From NCBI RefSeq assembly GCF_009914755.1, contig NC_060930.1: a stretch of DNA of 64,000 bases. The stretch is one strand, 5' to 3'. Made by a program: the position numbers and the translations under genes. Every line of letters begins with the position of its first letter. Position 1 is the stretch's first letter. This document shows, in pieces, positions 25,801 to 40,268 of the stretch. The DNA is from the human T2T-CHM13v2.0 reference genome, Homo sapiens. The notes beneath the pieces are model-generated. The model made no database searches. It worked only from the letters and a program-made list of their open reading frames with translations, and was not told where the DNA came from.

Positions 25801-28800
25801 GTTCAACTCACAGAGTTTAACATTTCCTTTGATAGAGCGGTTTAGTAACCCTCTCTTTGTAGAATTTGGAAGTGTATACTAAGAGCGCTTTGAGGCCTAT
25901 GGTAGAAAAGGAAATATCTTTCCATAAAAGCTAGACAGAAGCAATCTCAGAAACTCCTTTGTGATGTCTGCATTCAACTCACCGAGTGGAACATTCCTCT
26001 TGAGAGAGCAGTTTGGAAACACTCTTTCTGTAGAATCAGCTTGTTTGTATTTGGACCTCCTTGAGGCCTTCGTTGGAAACGGGTTTTCATCTTATAAACC
26101 CAGACAGAAGAATTCTCAGAGTCTTCTTTGTGATGTGTGCTTTCAACTCACCGAGATAAAGATTTCTCTTGATAGAGCAATTTGGAAACACTCTTTTTGT
26201 AGAATTTGCAAGGGTACATTGAGAGCGCTTTCAGGCCTATGGTAGAAAAGGGAATATCTTTCCATAAAAGGTAGACAGAAGCAATCTCAGAAACTACTTT
26301 GTGATGTGTGCATTCAACTCACCGAGTGCAACGTTCCTCTTGACCGAGCAGTTTGGAAACATTGTTTCTGTAGAATCTGCAAGTGGATATTTGGACCTCT
26401 TTGAGGCCTTCGTTGGAAACGGGATTTCTTCCTATAAACCCAGACAGAAGAATTCTCAGAGACTTCTTTGTGATGTGTGAATTCAACTCACAGTGTGGAT
26501 CCTTCCTTTTGATAGAGCAGTTTTGAAACCCTGTTTTTGTAGTATTTCCAAGCGGATATTTGGAACGCCTTGAAGCGTATGGTAGAAAAGGAAATATCTT
26601 CCCATAAAACCTAGACAGAACCAATCTCAGAAACGACTTTGTGATGTCTGCATTCAAGTCACAGAGTTGAACATTTCTCTTGATAGAGCAGTTTTGAAAC
26701 CCTCTTTCTGAAGGATCTGCAAGTGGATATTTGGAACTCCTTTGGGTCTTCGTTGGAAACGGGATTTCTTCGTATAAATCTAGACAGAAGAATTCTCCGA
26801 AACTTCTTTGGTTGTGTGCATTCAAGTCACAGAGTGGAACCTTCCTTTGGATAGAGCAGTTTGAAACGCTGTGGTTGTAGTATTTCCAAGCGGATATTAG
26901 AGCGCCTTGAGGCCTATGGTAGAAAAGGAAATATCTTCCCATAAAACCTAGACGGAAGCAATCTCAGAAACTACTGTGTGATGGCTGCATTCCACACACA
27001 CGGTGGAACATTTCTCTTGATAGAGCAGTTTTGAAACACTCTTTCTGTAGAATCTGCAAGTGGATAATTGGACCGCCTTGAGGCCTTCGTTGGAAACGGG
27101 ATTTCTTCATGTTACTCTAGATAGAAGAATTCTCAAACACTGCTATGTGATGTTTGCATTCAAGTCACAGAGTGCAACATTCCTCTTGGTAGAGCAGTTG
27201 GGAAACACTCCTTTTGTAGAATCTGCAATGGGATATTTGGACTTCTTTGAGGCCTTCGTTGGAAACGGGATTTCTTCGTATGAATCTAGACAGAAGAATT
27301 CTCAGAAACTTCCTTGTGATGTGTGCATTCAACTCAGCGAGTGGCACCTTCCTTTGGATACAGCAGTTTTGAAACACTGTTTTTGTAGTATTTCCAAGCG
27401 GATATTTAGAGCGCCTTGAAGCCTATGCTAGAAATGGAAATATCTCCCCATAAAACCAAGACAGAAGCAATCTCAGAAACTAATGTGTGATGGCTGCATT
27501 CCACACACACGGTGGACCATTTCTCTTGATAGAGCAGTTTTGAAACACTCTTTCTGTAGAATCTGCAAGTGGATAATTGGACCTCCTAGAGGCCTTCGTT
27601 GGAAACGGGATTTCTTCATCTAAACCTACAGAGAAGAATTCTCAGTAACTTCTTCGGATGTGTGCATTCGACGCACAGAATGGAACATTCCCTTTGATAG
27701 AGCAGTTTTGAGACACCGTTTTTGTAGAATTCCCAAGTGGATATTTAGAGCACTTTGAAGTCTCTGCTAGAAAAGGAAACATCTTCATGTAAAAAGTAGA
27801 TAGAATCGTTCTCAGAAAGTGCTTAGTGACGTGTGCGTTCAACTCACAGAGTTTAACGTTTCTTTTGATAGAGCGTTTCTGAAACACCCTTCTTGTAGTA
27901 GCTGCAAGTGGATATTTGGACCTATTGGAGGCCTTCTTTGGAAATGGGATTTCTTCATGTAACTCTAGATTGAAGAGTTCTCAGAAACTCCTTTGTGATG
28001 TGTGCATTCAATTCAAAGAGTGAAACCTCCCTTTTCACAGAGCAGTTTTGAAACACTGTTTTTGTAGGATTTCCAAGGGGATATTTATAGCGCATTGAGC
28101 CTACGGCGGAAAAAGAAACATCTTCCTATAAAAACTAGACAGAATACTTCTCAGAATCTGCTTTGCGATGTGTGCGTTCAACTCACAGAGTAAAACTTTT
28201 CTTTTGATAGAGCAGTTTTGAAACACTCTTTTTGTAGTATTTGCATGTGTATATTTAGAGCGCATTGAAGCCCACAGTAGAAAAGGAAATAACTTCACCT
28301 AAAACCTAGACAGAAGCAATCTCAGAAACTACTTTGTGATGTGTACATTCAACTCACAGAGTGGAACTTTCCTCTTTATAGAGCAGTGTTGAAACACTCT
28401 TTTTGTAGAAACTGCAAGTGGATATTTGGACCTCTTTGAGGCCTTCGTTGGAAACGGGATTTCTTCCTATAACCCTAGACAGAAGAATTTTCAGAAACCT
28501 CATTGTGATGTGTGCGTTCATCTCACAGAGTGGAGTCTTCCGTTTGATAGAGAAGTTTTGAAACCCTGTTCTTGTAGGATTTCCAAGTGGATATTTAGAC
28601 CACTTTGAAGCCTATGATAGAAAAGGAAACATCTTCATGGAAAACATAGATAGAATCATCCTCAGAAACAACTTTGTGATGTGTGCGTTGAACTCACCGT
28701 CTTTAACCTTTCTTTTGGTAGAGAAGTTTTGAAACACTCTCTTTGTAAAGTCTACAAGTGGATATTTTGAGCCCTTGGAGGCATTCTTTGGAAAAGGGAA

Positions 28801-31800
28801 TGTCTTCACATAAAAGGCAGACGGAAGTGTTCTCAGAAACTGCTTTGTGATGTCTGTGTTCAACTCACAGAGTTTAACATTTCCTTTGATAGAGCGGTTT
28901 AGTAACCCTCTCTTTGTAGAATTTGGAAGTGTATACTAAGAGCGCTTTGAGGCCTATGGTAGAAAAGGAAATATCTTTCCATAAAAGCTAGACAGAAGCA
29001 ATCTCAGAAACTCCTCTGTGATGTCTGCATTCAACTCACCGAGTGGAACATTCCTCTTGAGAGAGCAGTTTGGAAACACTCTTTCTGTAGAATCAGCTTG
29101 TTTGTATTTGGACCTCCTTGAGGCCTTCGTTGGAAACGGGTTTTCATCTTATAAACCCAGACAGAAGAATTCTCAGAGTCTTCTTTGTGATGTGTGCTTT
29201 CAACTCACCGAGATAAAGATTTCTCTTGATAGAGCAATTTGGAAACACTCTTTTTGTAGAATTTGCAAGGGTACATTGAGAGCGCTTTCAGGCCTATGGT
29301 AGAAAAGGGAATATCTTTCCATAAAAGGTAGACAGAAGCAATCTCAGAAACTACTTTGTGATGTGTGCATTCAACTCACCGAGTGCAACGTTCCTCTTGA
29401 CCGAGCAGTTTGGAAACATTGTTTCTGTAGAATCTGCAAGTGGATATTTGGACCTCTTTGAGGCCTTCGTTGGAAACGGGATTTCTTCCTATAAACCCAG
29501 ACAGAAGAATTCTCAGAGACTTCTTTGTGATGTGTGAATTCAACTCACAGTGTGGATCCTTCCTTTTGATAGAGCAGTTTTGAAACCCTGTTTTTGTAGT
29601 ATTTCCAAGCGGATATTTGGAACGCCTTGAAGCGTATGGTAGAAAAGGAAATATCTTCCCATAAAACCTAGACAGAACCAATCTCAGAAACGACTTTGTG
29701 ATGTCTGCATTCAAGTCACAGAGTTGAACATTTCTCTTGATAGAGCAGTTTTGAAACCCTCTTTCTGAAGGATCTGCAAGTGGATATTTGGAACTCCTTT
29801 GGGTCTTCGTTGGAAACGGGATTTCTTCGTATAAATCTAGACAGAAGAATTCTCCGAAACTTCTTTGGTTGTGTGCATTCAAGTCACAGAGTGGAACCTT
29901 CCTTTGGATAGAGCAGTTTGAAACGCCGTGGTTGTAGTATTTCCAAGCGGATATTAGAGCGCCTTGAGGCCTATGGTAGAAAAGGAAATATCTTCCCATA
30001 AAACCTAGACGGAAGCAATCTCAGAAACTACTGTGTGATGGCTGCATTCCACACACACGGTGGAACATTTCTCTTGATAGAGCAGTTTTGAAACACTCTT
30101 TCTGTAGAATCTGCAAGTGGATAATTGGACCGCCTTGAGGCCTTCGTTGGAAACGGGATTTCTTCATGTTACTCTAGATAGAAGAATTCTCAAACACTGC
30201 TATGTGATGTTTGCATTCAAGTCACAGAGTGCAACATTCCTCTTGGTAGAGCAGTTGGGAAACACTCCTTTTGTAGAATCTGCAATGGGATATTTGGACT
30301 TCTTTGAGGCCTTCGTTGGAAACGGGATTTCTTCGTATGAATCTAGACAGAAGAATTCTCAGAAACTTCCTTGTGATGTGTGCATTCAACTCAGCGAGTG
30401 GCACCTTCCTTTGGATACAGCAGTTTTGAAACACTGTTTTTGTAGTATTTCCAAGCGGATATTTAGAGCGCCTTGAAGCCTATGCTAGAAATGGAAATAT
30501 CTCCCCATAAAACCAAGACAGAAGCAATCTCAGAAACTAATGTGTGATGGCTGCATTCCACACACACGGTGGACCATTTCTCTTGATAGAGCAGTTTTGA
30601 AACACTCTTTCTGTAGAATCTGCAAGTGGATAATTGGACCTCCTAGAGGCCTTCGTTGGAAACGGGATTTCTTCATCTAAACCTACAGAGAAGAATTCTC
30701 AGTAACTTCTTCGGATGTGTGCATTCGACGCACAGAATGGAACATTCCCTTTGATAGAGCAGTTTTGAGACACCGTTTTTGTAGAATTCCCAAGTGGATA
30801 TTTAGAGCACTTTGAAGTCTCTGCTAGAAAAGGAAACATCTTCATGTAAAAAGTAGATAGAATCGTTCTCAGAAAGTGCTTAGTGACGTGTGCGTTCAAC
30901 TCACAGAGTTTAACGTTTCTTTTGATAGAGCGTTTCTGAAACACCCTTCTTGTAGTAGCTGCAAGTGGATATTTGGACCTATTGGAGGCCTTCTTTGGAA
31001 ATGGGATTTCTTCATGTAACTCTAGATTGAAGAGTTCTCAGAAACTCCTTTGTGATGTGTGCATTCAATTCAAAGAGTGAAACCTCCCTTTTCACAGAGC
31101 AGTTTTGAAACACTGTTTTTGTAGGATTTCCAAGGGGATATTTATAGCGCATTGAGCCTACGGCGGAAAAAGAAACATCTTCCTATAAAAACTAGACAGA
31201 ATACTTCTCAGAATCTGCTTTGCGATGTGTGCGTTCAACTCACAGAGTAAAACTTTTCTTTTGATAGAGCAGTTTTGAAACACTCTTTTTGTAGTATTTG
31301 CATGTGTATATTTAGAGCGCATTGAAGCCCACAGTAGAAAAGGAAATAACTTCACCTAAAACCTAGACAGAAGCAATCTCAGAAACTACTTTGTGATGTG
31401 TACATTCAACTCACAGAGTGGAACTTTCCTCTTTATAGAGCAGTGTTGAAACACTCTTTTTGTAGAAACTGCAAGTGGATATTTGGACCTCTTTGAGGCC
31501 TTCGTTGGAAACGGGATTTCTTCCTATAACCCTAGACAGAAGAATTTTCAGAAACCTCATTGTGATGTGTGCGTTCATCTCACAGAGTGGAGTCTTCCGT
31601 TTGATAGAGAAGTTTTGAAACCCTGTTCTTGTAGGATTTCCAAGTGGATATTTAGACCACTTTGAAGCCTATGATAGAAAAGGAAACATCTTCATGGAAA
31701 ACATAGATAGAATCATCCTCAGAAACAACTTTGTGATGTGTGCGTTGAACTCACCGTCTTTAACCTTTCTTTTGGTAGAGAAGTTTTGAAACACTCTCTT

Positions 31801-34800
31801 TGTAAAGTCTACAAGTGGATATTTTGAGCCCTTGGAGGCATTCTTTGGAAAAGGGAATGTCTTCACATAAAAGGCAGACGGAAGTGTTCTCAGAAACTGC
31901 TTTGTGATGTCTGTGTTCAACTCACAGAGTTTAACATTTCCTTTGATAGAGCGGTTTAGTAACCCTCTCTTTGTAGAATTTGGAAGTGTATACTAAGAGC
32001 GCTTTGAGGCCTATGGTAGAAAAGGAAATATCTTTCCATAAAAGCTAGACAGAAGCAATCTCAGAAACTCCTTTGCGATGTCTGCATTCAACTCACCGAG
32101 TGGAACATTCCTCTTGAGAGAGCAGTTTGGAAACACTCTTTCTGTAGAATCAGCTTGTTTGTATTTGGACCTCCTTGAGGCCTTCGTTGGAAACGGGTTT
32201 TCATCTTATAAACCCAGACAGAAGAATTCTCAGAGTCTTCTTTGTGATGTGTGCTTTCAACTCACCGAGATAAAGATTTCTCTTGATAGAGCAATTTGGA
32301 AACACTCTTTTTGTAGAATTTGCAAGGGTACATTGAGAGCGCTTTCAGGCCTATGGTAGAAAAGGGAATATCTTTCCATAAAAGGTAGACAGAAGCAATC
32401 TCAGAAACTACTTTGTGATGTGTGCATTCAACTCACCGAGTGCAACGTTCCTCTTGACCGAGCAGTTTGGAAACATTGTTTCTGTAGAATCTGCAAGTGG
32501 ATATTTGGACCTCTTTGAGGCCTTCGTTGGAAACGGGATTTCTTCCTATAAACCCAGACAGAAGAATTCTCAGAGACTTCTTTGTGATGTGTGAATTCAA
32601 CTCACAGTGTGGATCCTTCCTTTTGATAGAGCAGTTTTGAAACCCTGTTTTTGTAGTATTTCCAAGCGGATATTCGGAACGCCTTGAAGCGTATGGTAGA
32701 AAAGGAAATATCTTCCCATAAAACCTAGACAGAACCAATCTCAGAAACGACTTTGTGATGTCTGCATTCAAGTCACAGAGTTGAACATTTCTCTTGATAG
32801 AGCAGTTTTGAAACCCTCTTTCTGAAGGATCTGCAAGTGGATATTTGGAACTCCTTTGGGTCTTCGTTGGAAACGGGATTTCTTCGTATAAATCTAGACA
32901 GAAGAATTCTCCGAAACTTCTTTGGTTGTGTGCATTCAAGTCACAGAGTGGAACCTTCCTTTGGATAGAGCAGTTTGAAACGCCGTGGTTGTAGTATTTC
33001 CAAGCGGATATTAGAGCGCCTTGAGGCCTATGGTAGAAAAGGAAATATCTTCCCATAAAACCTAGACGGAAGCAATCTCAGAAACTACTGTGTGATGGCT
33101 GCATTCCACACACACGGTGGAACATTTCTCTTGATAGAGCAGTTTTGAAACACTCTTTCTGTAGAATCTGCAAGTGGATAATTGGACCGCCTTGAGGCCT
33201 TCGTTGGAAACGGGATTTCTTCATGTTACTCTAGATAGAAGAATTCTCAAACACTGCTATGTGATGTTTGCATTCAAGTCACAGAGTGCAACATTCCTCT
33301 TGGTAGAGCAGTTGGGAAACACTCCTTTTGTAGAATCTGCAATGGGATATTTGGACTTCTTTGAGGCCTTCGTTGGAAACGGGATTTCTTCGTATGAATC
33401 TAGACAGAAGAATTCTCAGAAACTTCCTTGTGATGTGTGCATTCAACTCAGCGAGTGGCACCTTCCTTTGGATACAGCAGTTTTGAAACACTGTTTTTGT
33501 AGTATTTCCAAGCGGATATTTAGAGCGCCTTGAAGCCTATGCTAGAAATGGAAATATCTCCCCATAAAACCAAGACAGAAGCAATCTCAGAAACTAATGT
33601 GTGATGGCTGCATTCCACACACACGGTGGACCATTTCTCTTGATAGAGCAGTTTTGAAACACTCTTTCTGTAGAATCTGCAAGTGGATAATTGGACCTCC
33701 TAGAGGCCTTCGTTGGAAACGGGATTTCTTCATCTAAACCTACAGAGAAGAATTCTCAGTAACTTCTTCGGATGTGTGCATTCGACGCACAGAATGGAAC
33801 ATTCCCTTTGATAGAGCAGTTTTGAGACACCGTTTTTGTAGAATTCCCAAGTGGATATTTAGAGCACTTTGAAGTCTCTGCTAGAAAAGGAAACATCTTC
33901 ATGTAAAAAGTAGATAGAATCGTTCTCAGAAAGTGCTTAGTGACGTGTGCGTTCAACTCACAGAGTTTAACGTTTCTTTTGATAGAGCGTTTCTGAAACA
34001 CCCTTCTTGTAGTAGCTGCAAGTGGATATTTGGACCTATTGGAGGCCTTCTTTGGAAATGGGATTTCTTCATGTAACTCTAGATTGAAGAGTTCTCAGAA
34101 ACTCCTTTGTGATGTGTGCATTCAATTCAAAGAGTGAAACCTCCCTTTTCACAGAGCAGTTTTGAAACACTGTTTTTGTAGGATTTCCAAGGGGATATTT
34201 ATAGCGCATTGAGCCTACGGCGGAAAAAGAAACATCTTCCTATAAAAACTAGACAGAATACTTCTCAGAATCTGCTTTGCGATGTGTGCGTTCAACTCAC
34301 AGAGTAAAACTTTTCTTTTGATAGAGCAGTTTTGAAACACTCTTTTTGTAGTATTTGCATGTGTATATTTAGAGCGCATTGAAGCCCACAGTAGAAAAGG
34401 AAATAACTTCACCTAAAACCTAGACAGAAGCAATCTCAGAAACTACTTTGTGATGTGTACATTCAACTCACAGAGTGGAACTTTCCTCTTTATAGAGCAG
34501 TGTTGAAACACTCTTTTTGTAGAAACTGCAAGTGGATATTTGGACCTCTTTGAGGCCTTCGTTGGAAACGGGATTTCTTCCTATAACCCTAGACAGAAGA
34601 ATTTTCAGAAACCTCATTGTGATGTGTGCGTTCATCTCACAGAGTGGAGTCTTCCGTTTGATAGAGAAGTTTTGAAACCCTGTTCTTGTAGGATTTCCAA
34701 GTGGATATTTAGACCACTTTGAAGCCTATGATAGAAAAGGAAACATCTTCATGGAAAACATAGATAGAATCATCCTCAGAAACAACTTTGTGATGTGTGC

Positions 34801-35166
34801 GTTGAACTCACCGTCTTTAACCTTTCTTTTGGTAGAGAAGTTTTGAAACACTCTCTTTGTAAAGTCTACAAGTGGATATTTTGAGCCCTTGGAGGCATTC
34901 TTTGGAAAAGGGAATGTCTTCACATAAAAGGCAGACGGAAGTGTTCTCAGAAACTGCTTTGTGATGTCTGTGTTCAACTCACAGAGTTTAACATTTCCTT
35001 TGATAGAGCGGTTTAGTAACCCTCTCTTTGTAGAATTTGGAAGTGTATACTAAGAGCGCTTTGAGGCCTATGGTAGAAAAGGAAATATCTTTCCATAAAA
35101 GCTAGACAGAAGCAATCTCAGAAACTCCTTTGTGATGTCTGCATTCAACTCACCGAGTGGAACATT
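16825..35166 (+). repeat. HOR units 7-12: six consecutive 18-mers (starts 16825, 19882, 22939, 25996, 29053, 32110)
   Basis: Six successive 3057-bp spacings (17074 to 35416). Confidence 0.95.
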
Positions 35167-38100
35167 CCTCTTGAGAGAGCAGTTTGGAAACACTCTTTCT
35201 GTAGAATCAGCTTGTTTGTATTTGGACCTCCTTGAGGCCTTCGTTGGAAACGGGTTTTCATCTTATAAACCCAGACAGAAGAATTCTCAGAGTCTTCTTT
35301 GTGATGTGTGCTTTCAACTCACCGAGATAAAGATTTCTCTTGATAGAGCAATTTGGAAACACTCTTTTTGTAGAATTTGCAAGGGTACATTGAGAGCGCT
35401 TTCAGGCCTATGGTAGAAAAGGGAATATCTTTCCATAAAAGGTAGACAGAAGCAATCTCAGAAACTACTTTGTGATGTGTGCATTCAACTCACCGAGTGC
35501 AACGTTCCTCTTGACCGAGCAGTTTGGAAACATTGTTTCTGTAGAATCTGCAAGTGGATATTTGGACCTCTTTGAGGCCTTCGTTGGAAACGGGATTTCT
35601 TCCTATAAACCCAGACAGAAGAATTCTCAGAGACTTCTTTGTGATGTGTGAATTCAACTCACAGTGTGGATCCTTCCTTTTGATAGAGCAGTTTTGAAAC
35701 CCTGTTTTTGTAGTATTTCCAAGCGGATATTTGGAACGCCTTGAAGCGTATGGTAGAAAAGGAAATATCTTCCCATAAAACCTAGACAGAACCAATCTCA
35801 GAAACGACTTTGTGATGTCTGCATTCAACTCACAGAGTTGAACATTTCTCTTGATAGAGCAGTTTTGAAACCCTCTTTCTGAAGGATCTGCAAGTGGATA
35901 TTTGGAACTCCTTTGGGTCTTCGTTGGAAACGGGATTTCTTCGTATAAATCTAGACAGAAGAATTCTCAGAAACTTCCTTGTGATGTGTGCATTCAACTC
36001 AGCGAGTGGCACCTTCCTTTGGATACAGCAGTTTTGAAACACTGTTTTTGTAGTATTTCCAAGCGGATATTTAGAGCGCCTTGAAGCCTATGCTAGAAAT
36101 GGAAATATCTCCCCATAAAACCAAGACAGAAGCAATCTCAGAAACTAATGTGTGATGGCTGCATTCCACACACACGGTGGACCATTTCTCTTGATAGAGC
36201 AGTTTTGAAACACTCTTTCTGTAGAATCTGCAAGTGGATAATTGGACCTCCTAGAGGCCTTCGTTGGAAACGGGATTTCTTCATCTAAACCTACAGAGAA
36301 GAATTCTCAGTAACTTCTTCGGATGTGTGCATTCGACGCACAGAATGGAACATTCCCTTTGATAGAGCAGTTTTGAGACACCGTTTTTGTAGAATTCCCA
36401 AGTGGATATTTAGAGCACTTTGAAGTCTCTGCTAGAAAAGGAAACATCTTCATGTAAAAAGTAGATAGAATCGTTCTCAGAAAGTGCTTAGTGACGTGTG
36501 CGTTCAACTCACAGAGTTTAACGTTTCTTTTGATAGAGCGTTTCTGAAACACCCTTCTTGTAGTAGCTGCAAGTGGATATTTGGACCTATTGGAGGCCTT
36601 CTTTGGAAATGGGATTTCTTCATGTAACTCTAGATTGAAGAGTTCTCAGAAACTCCTTTGTGATGTGTGCATTCAATTCAAAGAGTGAAACCTCCCTTTT
36701 CACAGAGCAGTTTTGAAACACTGTTTTTGTAGGATTTCCAAGGGGATATTTATAGCGCATTGAGCCTACGGCGGAAAAAGAAACATCTTCCTATAAAAAC
36801 TAGACAGAATACTTCTCAGAATCTGCTTTGCGATGTGTGCGTTCAACTCACAGAGTAAAACTTTTCTTTTGATAGAGCAGTTTTGAAACACTCTTTTTGT
36901 AGTATTTGCATGTGTATATTTAGAGCGCATTGAAGCCCACAGTAGAAAAGGAAATAACTTCACCTAAAACCTAGACAGAAGCAATCTCAGAAACTACTTT
37001 GTGATGTGTACATTCAACTCACAGAGTGGAACTTTCCTCTTTATAGAGCAGTGTTGAAACACTCTTTTTGTAGAAACTGCAAGTGGATATTTGGACCTCT
37101 TTGAGGCCTTCGTTGGAAACGGGATTTCTTCCTATAACCCTAGACAGAAGAATTTTCAGAAACCTCATTGTGATGTGTGCGTTCATCTCACAGAGTGGAG
37201 TCTTCCGTTTGATAGAGAAGTTTTGAAACCCTGTTCTTGTAGGATTTCCAAGTGGATATTTAGACCACTTTGAAGCCTATGATAGAAAAGGAAACATCTT
37301 CATGGAAAACATAGATAGAATCATCCTCAGAAACAACTTTGTGATGTGTGCGTTGAACTCACCGTCTTTAACCTTTCTTTTGGTAGAGAAGTTTTGAAAC
37401 ACTCTCTTTGTAAAGTCTACAAGTGGATATTTTGAGCCCTTGGAGGCATTCTTTGGAAAAGGGAATGTCTTCACATAAAAGGCAGACGGAAGTGTTCTCA
37501 GAAACTGCTTTGTGATGTCTGTGTTCAACTCACAGAGTTTAACATTTCCTTTGATAGAGCGGTTTAGTAACCCTCTCTTTGTAGAATTTGGAAGTGTATA
37601 CTAAGAGCGCTTTGAGGCCTATGGTAGAAAAGGAAATATCTTTCCATAAAAGCTAGACAGAAGCAATCTCAGAAACTCCTTTGTGATGTCTGCATTCAAC
37701 TCACCGAGTGGAACATTCCTCTTGAGAGAGCAGTTTGGAAACACTCTTTCTGTAGAATCAGCTTGTTTGTATTTGGACCTCCTTGAGGCCTTCGTTGGAA
37801 ACGGGTTTTCATCTTATAAACCCAGACAGAAGAATTCTCAGAGTCTTCTTTGTGATGTGTGCTTTCAACTCACCGAGATAAAGATTTCTCTTGATAGAGC
37901 AATTTGGAAACACTCTTTTTGTAGAATTTGCAAGGGTACATTGAGAGCGCTTTCAGGCCTATGGTAGAAAAGGGAATATCTTTCCATAAAAGGTAGACAG
38001 AAGCAATCTCAGAAACTACTTTGTGATGTGTGCATTCAACTCACCGAGTGCAACGTTCCTCTTGACCGAGCAGTTTGGAAACATTGTTTCTGTAGAATCT

Positions 38101-40268
38101 GCAAGTGGATATTTGGACCTCTTTGAGGCCTTCGTTGGAAACGGGATTTCTTCCTATAAACCCAGACAGAAGAATTCTCAGAGACTTCTTTGTGATGTGT
38201 GAATTCAACTCACAGTGTGGATCCTTCCTTTTGATAGAGCAGTTTTGAAACCCTGTTTTTGTAGTATTTCCAAGCAGATATTTGGAACGCCTTGAAGCGT
38301 ATGGTAGAAAAGGAAATATCTTCCCATAAAACCTAGACAGAACCAATCTCAGAAACGACTTTGTGATGTCTGCATTCAACTCACAGAGTTGAACATTTCT
38401 CTTGATAGAGCAGTTTTGAAACCCTCTTTCTGAAGGATCTGCAAGTGGATATTTGGAACTCCTTTGGGTCTTCGTTGGAAACGGGATTTCTTCGTATAAA
38501 TCTAGACAGAAGAATTCTCAGAAACTTCCTTGTGATGTGTGCATTCAACTCAGCGAGTGGCACCTTCCTTTGGATACAGCAGTTTTGAAACACTGTTTTT
38601 GTAGTATTTCCAAGCGGATATTTAGAGCGCCTTGAAGCCTATGCTAGAAATGGAAATATCTCCCCATAAAACCAAGACGGAAGCAATCTCAGAAACTAAT
38701 GTGTGATGGCTGCATTCCACACACACGGTGGACCATTTCTCTTGATAGAGCAGTTTTGAAACACTCTTTCTGTAGAATCTGCAAGTGGATAATTGGACCT
38801 CCGAGAGGCCTTCGTTGGAAACGGGATTTCTTCATCTAAACCTACAGAGAAGAATTCTCAGTAACTTCTTCGGATGTGTGCATTCGACGCACAGAATGGA
38901 ACATTCCCTTTGATAGAGCAGTTTTGAGACACCGTTTTTGTAGAATTCCCAAGTGGATATTTAGAGCACTTTGAAGTCTCTGCTAGAAAAGGAAACATCA
39001 TCATGTAAAAAGTAGATAGAATCGTTCTCAGAAAGTGCTTAGTGTCGTGTGCGTTCAACTCACAGAGTTTAACGTTTCTTTTGATAGAGCGTTTCTGAAA
39101 CACCCTTCTTGTAGTAGCTGCAAGTGGATATTTGGACCTATTGGAGGCCTTCTTTGGAAATGGGATTTCTTCATGTAACTCTAGATTGAAGAATTCTCAG
39201 AAACTCCTTTGTGATGTGTGCATTCAATTCAAAGAGTGAAACCTCCCTTTTCACAGAGCAGTTTTGAAACACTGTTTTTGTAGGATTTCCAAGGGGATAT
39301 TTATAGCGCATTGAGCCTACGGCGGAAAAAGAAACATCTTCCTATAAAAACTAGACAGAATACTTCTCAGAATCTGCTTTGCGATGTGTGCGTTCAACTC
39401 ACAGAGTAAAACTTTTCTTTTGATAGAGCAGTTTTGAAACACTCTTTTTGTAGTATTTGCATGTGTATATTTAGAGCGCATTGAAGCCCACAGTAGAAAA
39501 GGAAATAACTTCACCTAAAACCTAGACAGAAGCAATCTCAGAAACTACTTTGTGATGTGTACATTCAACTCACAGAGTGGAACTTTCCTCTTTATAGAGC
39601 AGTGTTGAAACACTCTTTTTGTAGAAACTGCAAGTGGATATTTGGACCTCTTTGAGGCCTTCGTTGGAAACGGGATTTCTTCCTATAACCCTAGACAGAA
39701 GAATTTTCAGAAACCTCATTGTGATGTGTGCGTTCATCTCACAGAGTGGAGTCTTCCGTTTGATAGAGAAGTTTTGAAACCCTGTTCTTGTAGGATTTCC
39801 AAGTGGATATTTAGACCACTTTGAAGCCTATGATAGAAAAGGAAACATCTTCATGGAAAACATAGATAGAATCATCCTCAGAAACAACTTTGTGATGTGT
39901 GCGTTGAACTCACCGTCTTTAACCTTTCTTTTGGTAGAGAAGTTTTGAAACACTCTCTTTGTAAAGTCTACAAGTGGATATTTTGAGCCCTTGGAGGCAT
40001 TCTTTGGAAAAGGGAATGTCTTCACATAAAAGGCAGACGGAAGTGTTCTCAGAAACTGCTTTGTGATGTCTGTGTTCAACTCACAGAGTTTAACATTTCC
40101 TTTGATAGAGCGGTTTAGTAACCCTCTCTTTGTAGAATTTGGAAGTGTATACTAAGAGCGCTTTGAGGCCTATGGTAGAAAAGGAAATATCTTTCCATAA
40201 AAGCTAGACAGAAGCAATCTCAGAAACTCCTTTGCGATGTCTGCATTCAACTCACCGAGTGGAACATT
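35167..40268 (+). repeat. HOR units 13-14: two adjacent 15-mers (starts 35167, 37718)
   Basis: Two successive 2551-bp spacings (35416, 37967, 40518). Confidence 0.95.
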
